From an uncultured bacterium (lineage in GTDB: Bacteria; Bacillota_I; Bacilli_A; RFN20; CAG-826): DNA of 64,000 bases. The translations under genes and the position numbers were made by a program. The notes below the pieces were generated by a model. It had not been told where the DNA came from, searched no databases, and saw only the letters and a list, made by a program, of their open reading frames with translations. Numbering within the stretch: position 1 is the first letter of the stretch; every line of letters starts with the position of its first letter. This document shows, piece by piece, positions 49,157-59,308 of this stretch. The DNA is taken from NCBI GenBank assembly GCA_949297305.1, contig CASFSG010000025.1, positions 12,574 through 76,573 on the forward strand, read 5' to 3'.

Positions 49157-51505
49157 TTAATTTTTATGTTTTTGATAAAAGTTTTCCAATTCATTAATGA
49201 GATCATTTTTATCATTTATGACGCAATAATGATCCCATTCGTCTTTAAACAGTTCGTTATAAGGGGCTTGCAAATAACGATCATCGATTAATAAAGCTGC
49301 TCCAACATCACTAGGCGTTCTTATTAGTCGACCCACTGCTTGCATAACTTTATTTAAGCCAATGTTGACATAACTATAGATGAATCCATTTATCTTATTT
49401 TTGTCATAATAGTTTCTAATTAAATCGCGTTCATATGATATTTGTGGTAAACCAACACCAACTACTACCACCCCAATGAGACGGTCATTAATTAAATCGA
49501 TACCTTCACTAAAAGCTCCGCCAATAATAACTAGACCAATAGTTGTATTGATGTTTTCACTTCGAAAATGGCTTAAAAAATCATTTTTATCCTCTTCACT
49601 CATATCTTTTGTCTGCAAATATATATCGTAAGTAGCTGGGAATGATAAGAAAGGGAGGATTTTTTCTAAATATTCGTAAGAAGGGAAATAAATCAAATAA
49701 TTGCCTTTTTTCATCGAAATAAATGTTTGAATATATTCGGCGACGGCGTTATAAGAGGAATCACGATTTTTATATTTTATAGAGATGTTTGATGCGATTA
49801 AAATAGCTAAATTTTCTTTTTTAAAAGGGCTTGGCAAGGCTAAAAACGGATCGCTATCATCTCCACCTAATAAATCGATATAGTAGTTAATTGGCGATAA
49901 AGTCGCAGAGAAATATAGTTTGCCATAAGCTTTTTTTGCGGCTCGCTTAAGTTTTGCTGATGGATCGAGGCAGTAAATATTAAGTGCACAATCCTTTGTC
50001 GAATTTTTTATATATAAAGCGCTAGAATTATCAAGTTCATCATAAATTAAAAGAAACCTATTAATAGCGAAAAAGAAATTCATTACTTCTTCGTTAACAA
50101 TTTCATCATTGTTCTTTAAAATGTTTTTGATTTGCGTCAAATATGTCGCTAAACTACTTGACATTTGTTCAGGCAAATCATCGATAAGAACATAACCTTG
50201 TTCATATTCTTTATTAATTTGTTTAAACAATTTGTTCAATTTTCGATATATTCTTGCATATCCTTTATTTTCTGGCAGCAATTTAGTGAGATATTTAGTT
50301 TCTTTGAAATCTTGGTAAGAAATATTTGCACTATACATATCCCTTCCTCGTTCAACTAAATTATGAGCTTCGTCGACTAGGAAAAATAAATGATAGATGT
50401 TTTCATCAAAAAATCTTTTTAGATAAACTTGTGGGTCAAACACATAGTTATAATCAGCAATAATTACATCTGCATATAAGGATAAATCTAGGCTTAATTC
50501 GAACGGACACATCGCCTCTTCTTTAGCAATTTTATCGATTAATTCATTATCGAAAGCTTGGTATTTTTCTAAATTAGAAGTTATAACTCTTTTTAATTTG
50601 GTGTAGTAGTCAATTGTAAATGGACATTTATCTGGATTGCATTCTTTTTTCTTTGTAAAACAAACTTTTTCTTTCGCTTTGATGACAATATAGCGAAGCG
50701 GCATTCCTTCAGCGATTAATAGATTTAAAGCGTTTGTGGCGGTATTTTTGCCACTGCTTTTAGCGGTTAAATAAAATATTTTATCGAGATAATTATCTTT
50801 AAAAGCTTTAATTGTTGGAAATAAAGTTGAAATTGTTTTGCCAATACCAGTTGGTGCTTCAACAAACATTTCGCCACCTTTTTTTGTTAAAGAATAGACA
50901 TAGCGCGCGAGCATTCTTTGACCCTTACGAAAATTCGCAAAAGGAAAATCGAGTTCAGCTGCCATCTTATTTCGTAAAACGATATGATTTTCGATGTTCG
51001 AGTAAAAATTGAGATATTCTCTTAAATAACCATTAATCTCTTCTTCTAAATCTTCGATGTTATATACAAAATTTTTAATCAACTTGGAATTATCGAGTTG
51101 GCTAATGTAAGTCAAGCGCACTCCAATATGCTTTAAATTTATTTGATGGGCATACATTAAGGCATAGCATTTAGCTTGGCCCAAATGCCAATCTTTTTGG
51201 CTTTGATAAAATTCCTCTAAAGGCACAATTGTCGATTTTATTTCATCAATTTCGGGCAGCGAACTTAAAATGATTCCATCCGCCCTTCCTTCTAAAGCGA
51301 TTATATAATTATCAATCTTAAATTCTTCTCCTAATAGATACTCGCTTAAATAATTGCTTCCTTGTCGCCGTTGATAAAAGGCATGTATTCTTGTGCCCTC
51401 ACGCATCGTTTCATCGGAAAAAACGCGCGAATCGATATCCCCGCGTCTAAGCAAAAAGTCTACTAAGCCATGGACGGATAATTTTATTCTTTTCAAATTA
51501 TTCAT
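49157..51505 (-). CDS. fusion of an N-terminal PD-(D/E)xK (Cas4/AddB-like) nuclease domain with an Fe-S cluster XPD/DinG-family helicase
   Basis: Nuclease motifs G..IH (37-41), GRAD76GI, IDE88IK90 and Q110AKCY114. Helicase Walker A EAPTGIGKT and DEAH box VDEAHNL. Four Cys are in VCFTKKKECNPDKCPF...AMCPFE (Rad3-type 4Fe-4S insert). C-terminal QAVGRLIR motif VI. Confidence 0.75.
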   Translation of the reverse strand: MNNLKRIKLSVHGLVDFLLRRGDIDSRVFSDETMREGTRIHAFYQRRQGSNYLSEYLLGEEFKIDNYIIALEGRADGIILSSLPEIDEIKSTIVPLEEFYQSQKDWHLGQAKCYALMYAHQINLKHIGVRLTYISQLDNSKLIKNFVYNIEDLEEEINGYLREYLNFYSNIENHIVLRNKMAAELDFPFANFRKGQRMLARYVYSLTKKGGEMFVEAPTGIGKTISTLFPTIKAFKDNYLDKIFYLTAKSSGKNTATNALNLLIAEGMPLRYIVIKAKEKVCFTKKKECNPDKCPFTIDYYTKLKRVITSNLEKYQAFDNELIDKIAKEEAMCPFELSLDLSLYADVIIADYNYVFDPQVYLKRFFDENIYHLFFLVDEAHNLVERGRDMYSANISYQDFKETKYLTKLLPENKGYARIYRKLNKLFKQINKEYEQGYVLIDDLPEQMSSSLATYLTQIKNILKNNDEIVNEEVMNFFFAINRFLLIYDELDNSSALYIKNSTKDCALNIYCLDPSAKLKRAAKKAYGKLYFSATLSPINYYIDLLGGDDSDPFLALPSPFKKENLAILIASNISIKYKNRDSSYNAVAEYIQTFISMKKGNYLIYFPSYEYLEKILPFLSFPATYDIYLQTKDMSEEDKNDFLSHFRSENINTTIGLVIIGGAFSEGIDLINDRLIGVVVVGVGLPQISYERDLIRNYYDKNKINGFIYSYVNIGLNKVMQAVGRLIRTPSDVGAALLIDDRYLQAPYNELFKDEWDHYCVINDKNDLINELENFYQKHKN

Positions 51506-52434
51506 TTGATTGATGATGGCAACAAAAAGTTATATCCATTAATAAAAGAAACATCATTCATCATCTTATGGCCTTCTAATTGAACCATTTTTAACGCTAA
51601 ACGACCATCTTTCAAAGCGAGTAATAAATGACGATTCTCAATTAATATTTCTCGCTTAGGACTAATAACATCGTCATAAATGACTGCCTCAAATATCTTA
51701 AATTTCTTTTCGCCTAAAAATAAATAAGCACCAATATGAGGCGATAAGGCACGGATTTGATCAAAAATTTGCTTCTTTGTTCTTTCTAAATCAATTTTTT
51801 CATCTTCTGGTTTAATTTTATCGGCAAACGTAACGAGGCTTTCATCTTGTTTAACGCCTTTATTCTTGCCCTCAATAATTGGCATAATTTCCTCATCGAC
51901 AAGTTGATAAGAAGCATTGATTATCTTTTTAATTATCGAAGCATAGTTATCAGTTTCTAGGATTTCAAAATCGCGAATAGCAAAAATTCTACCAGCGTCC
52001 ATTTTATCAATCATTTCCATCAATGTGACACCGCTAACTTTTTCTCCATTTTCAATTGCTCTTTCAATTGGAGCAGCGCCTCGATATTTTGGTAAAATCG
52101 AAGCGTGGAGATTAAGGCAAAGATATTTAGGAATATCCAAGAGGCCTTGAGGAATAATTTGCCCATATGCCATCGTTAAAATCAAATCAGGTCGTAAATC
52201 TTTTACAAATTCGTATTCACTACGAATCTTATGAGGCTGAAAAACTGGAATGTTATACTTTTCAGCAATAACTTTTGTCGGAACTTTTTTGATGATGCGC
52301 TTACGACCAACCGGGCGATCTTCTTGAGCAATCAAGCCAACGACATGATAGCCATTATTGATGACAAAATTTAATACTTCTGCACTTAATTCGGGCGTAC
52401 CCATGAAAACAACACGTAAATCTTTTTTATCCAT
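51502..52434 (-). CDS. fmt: methionyl-tRNA formyltransferase
   Basis: VVFMGTPE N-terminus and the LNLHASILPKYRGAAPI motif. Start set at ATG 52434 (MDKKDLRVVFMGTP), although the track ORF starts 8 codons earlier. Confidence 0.9.
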   Translation of the reverse strand: MDKKDLRVVFMGTPELSAEVLNFVINNGYHVVGLIAQEDRPVGRKRIIKKVPTKVIAEKYNIPVFQPHKIRSEYEFVKDLRPDLILTMAYGQIIPQGLLDIPKYLCLNLHASILPKYRGAAPIERAIENGEKVSGVTLMEMIDKMDAGRIFAIRDFEILETDNYASIIKKIINASYQLVDEEIMPIIEGKNKGVKQDESLVTFADKIKPEDEKIDLERTKKQIFDQIRALSPHIGAYLFLGEKKFKIFEAVIYDDVISPKREILIENRHLLLALKDGRLALKMVQLEGHKMMNDVSFINGYNFLLPSSIK

Positions 52435-52531
52435 AATTATTATTATAAACGAGTTCATTTAATTTAAAAATGCATTAATAATGAGATGTTGTTAGAAAAA
52501 ATATAAAATATTAAAGAAGGGAAATTAACAT

Positions 52532-54211
52532 ATGAGAATTATTGTTGTTGGTGGTGTCGCTAGTGGAGCAAGTTTTGCATCTAGACATCGCCGTTTAAAT
52601 GAAAATGATGAAATTATAATTTACGAAAAATCAAATTATATAAGTTATGCAAATTGTGGATTACCCTATTTTATTGGAGAAGTGATAACTAACAAAAGCA
52701 ATTTAACCCTCCAATCACCAGAACTATTTTTAAAAAGATTTAATATTTTGGTCAAGGTCAATCACGAAGTAATTAATATTGATAAAGAGAAAAAAGAAAT
52801 CGAAGTATTAGATAGAAAAAATAACATAAAATTTATCGATAAATATGACAAATTAATCCTTGCTACAGGCGCAAAAGCAATTAAGCCAAATTTGCCAGGA
52901 ATTGAACTAGAAAATATCTTGACACTGCGAAACGTTGAAGACACTTTTAAAATAAAAGATTTTATTTCGCATAATAATGTCGAAAGTGTCGCTATTATTG
53001 GAGGTGGCTTTATCGGCGTAGAAATGGCAGAAAATCTTTGTAAAATTGGAAAAAAAGTTCATCTTATCGAATTAGGGGGGCATATCTTAACTAATTATGA
53101 TGAGGATATGGTACCACTACTAGAAAAAGAAATGAGAAAAAACGGAATTTCGTTGCTATTAAAAAAAGAAACACTCTCATTTAGAAAAGAAGATAACTAT
53201 ATTAGAATCGATTTTAAAGATGGCGATAATTTAAAAGTAAACGCTGTTATTTTAGCTATTGGAGTAATTCCTGATAATGAGTTGCTTAAAAAAGCTGATT
53301 TGCAATTGGGGATTAAAGGAAGCGCCGATGTCAATGAACAATTTCAAACAAGTGATAAAAACATCTATGCAATCGGTGATTTAATTCAAGTTCGTAATTC
53401 TATAAGTAAAACAAATGGTTTGATTTCCTTAGCTGGTCCAGCAAACAAAGAGGGTCGCTATTTAGCAGATATTTTAAATGGTGTGCACGAAAAATTTGAA
53501 GGTATTTTCGCTACCTCCATCATTAAAATATTCGATTTAGTAGGTGCGACTACTGGATTGAATGAAAAAGTTATCAGAACATTAAAAAAAGAGTATGAAA
53601 AAGTTATTATAGCGCCTTTATCGCATGCATCTTATTATCCAGGAGCTTCCACATTAACAATAAAATTGTTGTTCGATAAAAACAATTATGAAATTTACGG
53701 CGCTCAAATCATCGGTAAAGAAGGGGTTGATAAACACATAAATGTCATAGCTACAGCAATTAAAGCCAAAATGAAGGCTTACGAATTGAAAGATTTAGAC
53801 TTAGCATATGCTCCGCCATTTTCTAGCGCTAAAGATCCGATTAATTTTTTAGGTTACATATCTGACAATATCCATAAAGGTTTGATAAAGCAATTTTATA
53901 TCGAAGATATTCCTATGATATTAAAAAATCAAAACAATGTATTGATTGATGTTAGAACTAATTATGAATATTCTTTAGGACATATTGCTGGTTCAATTCA
54001 TCTAGAATTAGATAAATTGCGCATAAACCACAATATATTAGATAAAAACAAAAAGATATATATTCACTGTCAAAGCGGTCTAAGAAGTTATTTAGCTTGT
54101 CGCTATTTAAGCAATATAGGATATGAGACTTATAATTTAGCAGGCGGTTATTATTTTTATTCGCTCAATAAAGACGATGAAAAAGAAACGCTAACGAGTA
54201 AATGCCGTTAA
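52532..54211 (+). CDS. CoA-disulfide reductase / persulfide reductase with a C-terminal rhodanese domain
   Basis: GGVASGAS FAD motif, redox Cys in SYANCGLPY, a second dinucleotide motif IIGGGFIGVE, and a C-terminal rhodanese active-site loop IHCQSGLRS. Confidence 0.85.
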   Translation: MRIIVVGGVASGASFASRHRRLNENDEIIIYEKSNYISYANCGLPYFIGEVITNKSNLTLQSPELFLKRFNILVKVNHEVINIDKEKKEIEVLDRKNNIKFIDKYDKLILATGAKAIKPNLPGIELENILTLRNVEDTFKIKDFISHNNVESVAIIGGGFIGVEMAENLCKIGKKVHLIELGGHILTNYDEDMVPLLEKEMRKNGISLLLKKETLSFRKEDNYIRIDFKDGDNLKVNAVILAIGVIPDNELLKKADLQLGIKGSADVNEQFQTSDKNIYAIGDLIQVRNSISKTNGLISLAGPANKEGRYLADILNGVHEKFEGIFATSIIKIFDLVGATTGLNEKVIRTLKKEYEKVIIAPLSHASYYPGASTLTIKLLFDKNNYEIYGAQIIGKEGVDKHINVIATAIKAKMKAYELKDLDLAYAPPFSSAKDPINFLGYISDNIHKGLIKQFYIEDIPMILKNQNNVLIDVRTNYEYSLGHIAGSIHLELDKLRINHNILDKNKKIYIHCQSGLRSYLACRYLSNIGYETYNLAGGYYFYSLNKDDEKETLTSKCR

Positions 54212-54293
54212 GTGTAAGTTGTCTAAAAAATAATACTTGTTTAATATAAACAAGTTTGATAAGATAGTTAACGCTGAATTGAGGTAAAAATAT

Positions 54294-54557
54294 ATGGCAC
54301 AAATTAAATCACAAATCAAAAGAAATCTCACAAATGAAAAAGCTCGCCAACGCAACGCTGCGATTAAAAGTGAATATCGCACTCAAATTAAGAAAGTGCG
54401 CGTTAGTGCTGCTAAAAGCGACAAAGCAACTGCAACCATCGAATTAAATAAGGCTTATGCTTTATTAGATAAAGCTGTTTCTAAAGGCGTCATTAAAGCA
54501 AATACTGCCGCTAGAAAAAAAGCCGAAATTCAAAAATTGGTTAATTCAATCGCTTAA
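54294..54557 (+). CDS. rpsT: 30S ribosomal protein S20
   Basis: MAQIKSQIKRNLTNEKARQRN.... GAGGT RBS lies 8 nt upstream. Confidence 0.9.
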   Translation: MAQIKSQIKRNLTNEKARQRNAAIKSEYRTQIKKVRVSAAKSDKATATIELNKAYALLDKAVSKGVIKANTAARKKAEIQKLVNSIA

Positions 54558-55520
54558 GTTGAGATTAAAATTAGGGAAATTAATTAGAAATATTTCTAGA
54601 GCAAATGAGCGGTCTAAAAGACCGCTTTTTGTTTTTAAATCAATTAAATATAAATTGTTTAAAATTTTATCAATATCTTCATTTGATAAGGAAGAGCTGT
54701 TCTTTAAAGTCATTTTTATCCGATATTCATGCGCATTAAGTTGACGAGCTATCTCGCGATAATCTAAACCTTGATTGTACAAAAACTTAACTTGTTTAAC
54801 TAAACGAAATTGATTTCCTAATAATGGGACAAGTGTCTCCACCGCACCTTTACCTAAAATTTCTAAATCATGAAAGATGTCTAAAGCCGCTAGATTATTA
54901 TGACGATATAGAGCGTTTACTAATGCATAAACATCATCATCAAGTGGTTTAGTTACCAACAAAAATACATCAGTAATTTTAATTTGATGATCTTCGCAAA
55001 AAAGCATCAGTTTATTTGCTTCGTTCATAAAAGTAAATAAGTCGCCGTTAACTCTTTTGTTTATCTCTTTGATAGAAGCATCGTCAATTTGATAGTTTTT
55101 ATCATTAAAATATTTCTTTATATATTTTGGCCAATCGTTTTTCTCCAATGATTTTAATTCAATAATTTTGCCACTTTTTTTTGCTAAAACGTATATTTCG
55201 TTCGTTTCTAAAATATCATCATTACCATATAAGAAATAGACATCAATTGTTTGGTCTAAAGAATTTAAAGAACGCAAAATAATTCTATTTTTTTCGTTTA
55301 ATTTAGTTTTTAATAAATTGGCGTTCTCAATCACTACCGCTTTCTTTTCACGCATAAAAGGAATAGTTTCAATCGCTAAGGAAATGTCATTAATATCATC
55401 TTTAAGATAATCAAAACGATTTAATGAAAATTCATCAATGATTTCTAAACTATTTTTCAACAGTTTATTAATCTGTTTTTTTATCATTAAAGGTTGCTTA
55501 CCAAAAAGTATGTATAACAT
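54546..55520 (-). CDS. holA: DNA polymerase III delta subunit
   Basis: 324 aa. The length and helical C-terminal pattern fit HolA, as does its conserved position next to rpsT and near comEC. Sequence motifs are weak. Confidence 0.65.
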   Translation of the reverse strand: MLYILFGKQPLMIKKQINKLLKNSLEIIDEFSLNRFDYLKDDINDISLAIETIPFMREKKAVVIENANLLKTKLNEKNRIILRSLNSLDQTIDVYFLYGNDDILETNEIYVLAKKSGKIIELKSLEKNDWPKYIKKYFNDKNYQIDDASIKEINKRVNGDLFTFMNEANKLMLFCEDHQIKITDVFLLVTKPLDDDVYALVNALYRHNNLAALDIFHDLEILGKGAVETLVPLLGNQFRLVKQVKFLYNQGLDYREIARQLNAHEYRIKMTLKNSSSLSNEDIDKILNNLYLIDLKTKSGLLDRSFALEIFLINFPNFNLNLSD

Positions 55521-55563
55521 ACTTTAATGATAACAATGATTAATCAATTAGTCCATGAAACAA

Positions 55564-56886
55564 TTAGGAATTTTCTTTGGTGGAAATTTTATTCTTCTTT
55601 TCGCTAGGAGCAATTTCGTTAGCTTTAGTTAATGCCCACTTTGTCACAAGTGGCCCGACCAATTCATAAATTATGGTACTAACGATAATGCAAGTATATA
55701 GAAGTTCACCAACAAATATCAGATTTTCATTTCCGATGGACGTAAAGAATAATTCGGCATTGCTTGCTAGACCTAAAGCAACGCCAGCTTGAGGAATTAA
55801 AGTAAAGCCTAAATATTTACGCACATTAGGTTCGCATTTTGTCACACCTGCACCAATTGCTGAACCCGACCATTTGCCAATAACGCGACAAATTAGATAA
55901 ATTGCAGCGATAATAATAATTAATATTGCATTTTCGTTCATAAAAATACCAAAGTTTAAGTTTGCTCCGCTGATAATAAAAAAGAGCATGAAAATAGGCG
56001 CAGTAAATTTATCGAGAAACATTCCAGTATTTTCAATTCCGCGCGCCATATTCACATACACCGCGCCCATCGCCATAATCGTGAGCAAATTTGATAATTG
56101 AAAAGAAAATCCCCAGCCGAGCGTTTCGGTGTCAATTAAAGAAAGGCCTGTGCAAATTAAAACAGCAAAAATGCAGAGCATCATGCGATTGCCGCGGCCT
56201 GTAAACCAACGCGTTGCTAATGAAATGATTAAACCAAAAACGGCACCAATAACTAAAGAAATAATTATCTCTAATAGTGGAATTACAAGAGCAGTTACTA
56301 TATCAAAAGAGCCACCAATTGTTAAAATTTTACTAATTGCAAACAAAATTGCAAAAGCAATTAAAGCAACGCCGTCGTCGAAAGCAACTACAGGAATTAA
56401 AGTTCTAGTTACTGGGCCGTCGGCTTTATATTGTTGAATTACTAAAAGCGTAGCGGCTGGAGCAGTCGCACAAGCAATGGAACCTAAAACTAAAATCATT
56501 GGTATAGTTAAACCCATATCTTTTAATCCAGCAAAATAACCGATAAAAAGACCAGCAATAACAATCATTGCCCCACCAAGAGCCTCAAAAATAGTAATCA
56601 CTGTAGCCCGTTTACCAACCTTTTTTAATGCGCTCAATTTAAAAGAACCACCAATTGTAAAAGCGATAAATCCCAAAGCGATATCACTTATCCAACTAAT
56701 GCTAGATAAAATATTATTAAAGAGTTCTTGATTGAACAACCCTAAAACCCACGGACCAATTAAAATACCGCCTAAAAGATAACCCGTGACATTAGGGAAA
56801 TGAATTAGTTTCATCAATTTTGACATTAATAAACCAACCCCAACGGCTATACCAACCCAGAGGATGGAAGCAATAACCACCGTCAT
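55564..56886 (-). CDS. cation:proton antiporter (Na_H_Exchanger/CPA-type), no RCK/TrkA domain
   Basis: 440 aa with about 12 hydrophobic helices. N-terminal NVTGYLLGGILIGPWVLG is typical of CPA antiporters. It ends after the last TM helix. Confidence 0.7.
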   Translation of the reverse strand: MTVVIASILWVGIAVGVGLLMSKLMKLIHFPNVTGYLLGGILIGPWVLGLFNQELFNNILSSISWISDIALGFIAFTIGGSFKLSALKKVGKRATVITIFEALGGAMIVIAGLFIGYFAGLKDMGLTIPMILVLGSIACATAPAATLLVIQQYKADGPVTRTLIPVVAFDDGVALIAFAILFAISKILTIGGSFDIVTALVIPLLEIIISLVIGAVFGLIISLATRWFTGRGNRMMLCIFAVLICTGLSLIDTETLGWGFSFQLSNLLTIMAMGAVYVNMARGIENTGMFLDKFTAPIFMLFFIISGANLNFGIFMNENAILIIIIAAIYLICRVIGKWSGSAIGAGVTKCEPNVRKYLGFTLIPQAGVALGLASNAELFFTSIGNENLIFVGELLYTCIIVSTIIYELVGPLVTKWALTKANEIAPSEKKNKISTKENS

Positions 56887-56889
56887 AAT

Positions 56890-57219
56890 TTAAAAACTTC
56901 CTTCATAACTTTCTAGTGGAACAATAAACATTCCGCCATGACAATTTTTAAAATGATTTGTCGCTTTACTAATTATTTCTTTGACTACAGGAATATCTTC
57001 TTCGTTAATAACAATATAAATTGTTAAATTACTCTCATATTTGATATGTTCTAAATGTGATAAATTAATAAACATTGGTATTTCACCGTCGTTATCTAGA
57101 GCATGTTTCAAAGATGACGATGGTAAGACGGTACCATTAAAACCTTGTTTAGATAAATTAAAAAGAGCCTCTTCGGCAGGACGGCTATTTTCGAGAATTA
57201 TAAATGCTAAGTGTTTCAT
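56890..57219 (-). CDS. PII-like small signalling protein (resembles the DarA/PstA-type c-di-AMP receptor family)
   Basis: Start set at ATG 57219, with GAAAGAGG 7 nt upstream. 109 aa with a beta-alpha-beta x2 pattern, a long central loop and C-terminal GGMFIVPLESYEGSF. I recall a similar GATVFVMPVD..F end in DarA. The stop lies 3 nt before the antiporter start. Confidence 0.5.
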   Translation of the reverse strand: MKHLAFIILENSRPAEEALFNLSKQGFNGTVLPSSSLKHALDNDGEIPMFINLSHLEHIKYESNLTIYIVINEEDIPVVKEIISKATNHFKNCHGGMFIVPLESYEGSF

Positions 57220-57288
57220 AAACCAACCTCTTTCCGTCAATATTATAGTCCGATACTATTGTTGAACAATAGTAATTTCACTTTTTTA

Positions 57289-59304
57289 TCAAAAAAACCC
57301 AATATAGGTAATTGTCCCTTCTAAGTCCGTACGACGAATTTTAATATTTTGAGCATTTAAAATCTCGATAACTTCTTGATGAGGATGACCATAATAATTA
57401 TTTGCCCCAACAGAAATAATCGCTTCAAGCGGACTCACTTGTCGAATGAATTCTTCGCTTGTAGAGGTATTGCTCCCATGATGACCGACTTTTAAAATGT
57501 CGCAATCTAAGGATGGGTGATCAATGATTATTTTTTCTTCAATTTTCTTACTTGCGTCCCCCATTAACAAAAATTTATAGTTAATAAATTCAAAATAAAG
57601 AACTAATGAATTATCATTTTCATCCTCGTTGCCTTGATAAATATTTAAGTTTTCAATATAAAAACCACCATGTTTCAACGGGAAGGAATCACTACTAAAT
57701 AAATAGTTTTTCACTGTAAAATTTCTCCTGAGATTATCTAACGCCCCATTATGATCAAAATCGTTATGGGTAGTAATAACAAAATCAAGTTTATTTATTT
57801 GCTTTTTTCTAAAAAAGGGAATGAGAGTCTCTTTTGCAATATCGTTATAAAGCGAACCACCTGTATCAATTAAGATGGTTTTTCCGTTATCATTAAGTAA
57901 AATAGCGTCACCCTGACCAACATTAATAAAATAAACGCCATTATATAAATAAGATCGGATGGGAATCGCATTAATTAATAAAATAATAATTGTTGAAAGA
58001 GAAAATATTTTAAAATGTCTTTTCATTCTTGCTTCTAAGGCAAAAAGGGTAAGAAATATTAAAAAATAATATATCAAAAGAAAGAATGATGTCAATTCGC
58101 CAAGATAAATGCGAATATCAATTCGTGCAAAAAAACAAATTACTTGATATAAAAAATTACCATAACCATTCAAAATATTTATAAAAGGATAAAAATAAAA
58201 AGAAATTAAAGAAATTATGACAAAGGGCGAGTTTAAAGGAACGATGATAAATTGATAAAATAAAGAAAATAAATGAATAGAACCATCGAAAGAAAGCGAA
58301 AAAGGTAATACCGCTAGATAGATAATGACAGGAACGCTGATTTTTTGAAATAGTTTTCTCCTTTTATACATCGTTTTATTGATAAATGACATCATAAAAG
58401 AGATTAAAAAACCAACATAAAAAGAACTTTGATAAATTAGATGATAATCAAATAGTAAAAAGATGAAGGCAGTAATCGAAAGCATCGTTAAACGCGATAT
58501 TTTTTTCTTAAAGAAAAATTCATTAGATATTTTAAAAATTTCTAAAAAGAGAACCCGCATAATCGACGGCCGATAAAACGAGATTAAAAAATAAGGTGAA
58601 AAAATAATTAAAGGCACAATCATTGATACTTTCTTAGAAAATTTTAAACCAACAAGGTAAGTGAGTAGATGCATCATTATATGAAGATAAATGCCATTTA
58701 CCGCAAATAGATAGATAATGTTTAAATCGCTAGTTAATTGAATAAATGAAGAATCATAGTCTTTATTAAAAAATAAAAAAGCGTCGATAATGGCGCTGGC
58801 GTTATCATTGAAATTAGCTAAAAATTCATTTTTTCTTGCCTTAAAACGCAAAGGGTTCATCCAAATAGTTTCAATATTGCGACTATTTAATTGACGATAA
58901 ACGCCTTTGTTTGATAAATACTCTTTAAAATTAAATTGACTTTCGTATGTTGTAAATTTGATTTCTTCTACAAAACCTTCAATCTTTAAATAATCGCCGA
59001 CTTCATAAGTGTGATCTTTTAAATAAAGATAAAATCTTTCTCCTTTAGATAAAAAAAGGACATAATTATTCTTGCTTTCGATAACTATGCCTTGATAAAT
59101 TCCGTTGTTAGGATTATTAGTGAACTTAATTAAACTAACTAAAAATCCTAAAATCATCGTTAAAAGAATATAGATGAAGACCTTTCTTCCTTTTCGCAAA
59201 TAAATATAAATTAAGTATCCAATACTTATAATTATAAATATCGGAATTTTATGTAAAACTAATAACCCTAACGCAAAAGCGAAAAGGAAGAAAAAGATCA
59301 TCAT
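57289..59304 (-). CDS. comEC: DNA internalisation competence protein ComEC/Rec2
   Basis: N-terminal TM/OB region, a polytopic competence domain and a C-terminal metallo-beta-lactamase domain (INVGQGDAILL, TTHNDFDHNG, VGHHGS). Confidence 0.85.
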   Translation of the reverse strand: MMIFFFLFAFALGLLVLHKIPIFIIISIGYLIYIYLRKGRKVFIYILLTMILGFLVSLIKFTNNPNNGIYQGIVIESKNNYVLFLSKGERFYLYLKDHTYEVGDYLKIEGFVEEIKFTTYESQFNFKEYLSNKGVYRQLNSRNIETIWMNPLRFKARKNEFLANFNDNASAIIDAFLFFNKDYDSSFIQLTSDLNIIYLFAVNGIYLHIMMHLLTYLVGLKFSKKVSMIVPLIIFSPYFLISFYRPSIMRVLFLEIFKISNEFFFKKKISRLTMLSITAFIFLLFDYHLIYQSSFYVGFLISFMMSFINKTMYKRRKLFQKISVPVIIYLAVLPFSLSFDGSIHLFSLFYQFIIVPLNSPFVIISLISFYFYPFINILNGYGNFLYQVICFFARIDIRIYLGELTSFFLLIYYFLIFLTLFALEARMKRHFKIFSLSTIIILLINAIPIRSYLYNGVYFINVGQGDAILLNDNGKTILIDTGGSLYNDIAKETLIPFFRKKQINKLDFVITTHNDFDHNGALDNLRRNFTVKNYLFSSDSFPLKHGGFYIENLNIYQGNEDENDNSLVLYFEFINYKFLLMGDASKKIEEKIIIDHPSLDCDILKVGHHGSNTSTSEEFIRQVSPLEAIISVGANNYYGHPHQEVIEILNAQNIKIRRTDLEGTITYIGFF

Positions 59305-59308
59305 CTTG

